From Hemiscyllium ocellatum (lineage: Eukaryota): 64,000 nt of DNA. Below, piece after piece: positions 63,253 through 64,000 of this stretch (its first letter is position 1; each line of letters begins with the position of its first letter). The stretch covers positions 10,723,883-10,787,882 of the forward strand of contig NC_083450.1 in assembly GCF_020745735.1 (NCBI RefSeq), given 5' to 3'. The position numbers were made by a program, and so were the translations under genes. Under the pieces are notes generated by a model. The model saw only the letters and a list, made by a program, of their open reading frames with translations, was not told the origin of the DNA and ran no database searches.

Positions 63253-63591
63253 CATCTATGAGCAATCTCGACCCCTTTCCGAATTTGAAGGGGTTAAAGT
63301 ACGATGTCCTACCAGCACAGGAATACAGACCAGAATCATTTCTCTGGACATTGTGAATCACAAGCGTAGAATTATTCATATTATCATTAAATTCCCCAGA
63401 AAATCTCCCATCTGGATAGGAGATTCTCATCACCATGTAAACGAGTTGCAGATTTTCTCGCACTTTCTGTTTATACCAGTGAACACCTCCCACTGCAGAC
63501 CAGCCCGTGTAACAGTTCATCCTGACAGTGCTTCCAATCGAGACATGCTGAAATGCTGGAGTCTGCAGAGGCGCTGTTTGAGAGACGACAA
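63253..63591 (-). CDS. Copy B receptor gene, germline-joined VJ domain exon
   Basis: Paralog of 14151-14489 with the same splice sites and an open frame: ...MNCYTGWSAVGGVHWYKQKVRENLQLVYMVMRISYPDGRFSGEF...DSGLYSCAGRTSYFNPFKFGKGSRLLID. Confidence 0.95.
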
Positions 63592-64000
63592 CTATGAAAA
63601 CAGGGCATATTAGAAGAAGTCAGCTTAGAGTGAAATAAGTACTATCACAACTTTAATGGTGTAAGTGAGAAAGTGACATCTTTTCCTCAATGACCATCAA
63701 TGGTATTTAAGAATTTGTAATTAAGGTTTAAACTTGAGTGAATAGCAGGAGAAATAAGAAAGGAACAAAGAAACAAAGGAAGAAAGAAAGGAAGAAACAA
63801 AGGGTGGAAAAAAGGGAGGAAGAAAGGAAGTAACAAAAGGACATAAGAAAGAAAAGAAAGAAGACAGGGAGCAAGGAAGAATGAAAGAAAGAAAAAAGAA
63901 AGGAAGAGAGTAGGAAAGAAAGAATGAAAGATGCAACGAAAGAACCAAAATAAGAACGGCGTTTTGCTCACCACAAAACAAACGGTATACCAAACAGCCA

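Larger units (their letters stand above)
57973..64000. repeat. Segmental duplication, copy B (runs off the window end)
   Basis: Colinear with 8888-14894. Confidence 0.97.

Noticed and set aside
1-64000. CRISPR arrays, prokaryotic operons, tRNA or rRNA genes
   Set aside because: None seen. The tRNA-like A/B boxes belong to SINEs, and the long ORFs are retroelement remnants.

Overview
This is eukaryotic DNA, almost certainly from a cartilaginous fish (inferred from HE1-type tRNA-derived SINEs and abundant CR1 LINEs). Well over half of it is decayed retroelement sequence: CR1 LINEs, Penelope-like elements (PLEs) carrying minimal hammerhead ribozyme motifs, SINEs, Gypsy remnants, a class-I endogenous retrovirus remnant and a probable solo LTR. 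The main non-repeat content is a duplicated minus-strand gene for a non-rearranging, antigen-receptor-like membrane protein. Its exons are a leader, a germline pre-joined VJ domain (C-W-C plus FGKG), an 87-nt intron, a C1-set constant domain, an uncharged TM segment preceded by a Cys, and a cytoplasmic exon. Copy A lies at 12265-15030. Copy B lies at 61360-63591, with its leader predicted just beyond the window end. The two copies sit in a segmental duplication of at least 6 kb (8888-14894 vs 57973-64000, offset about 49.1 kb). Their amino-acid differences concentrate in the V domain (11 replacements from 14 substitutions, 6 in CDR-like loops), while the TM exon is identical. Downstream of copy B there is a set of exon-like segments encoding a TM and a canonical ITIM (50793-54480). 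These could be the distal tail of copy B or a separate small inhibitory receptor. All splice models were read by eye from GT/AG signals and phase, without transcript data. TE boundaries are approximate.
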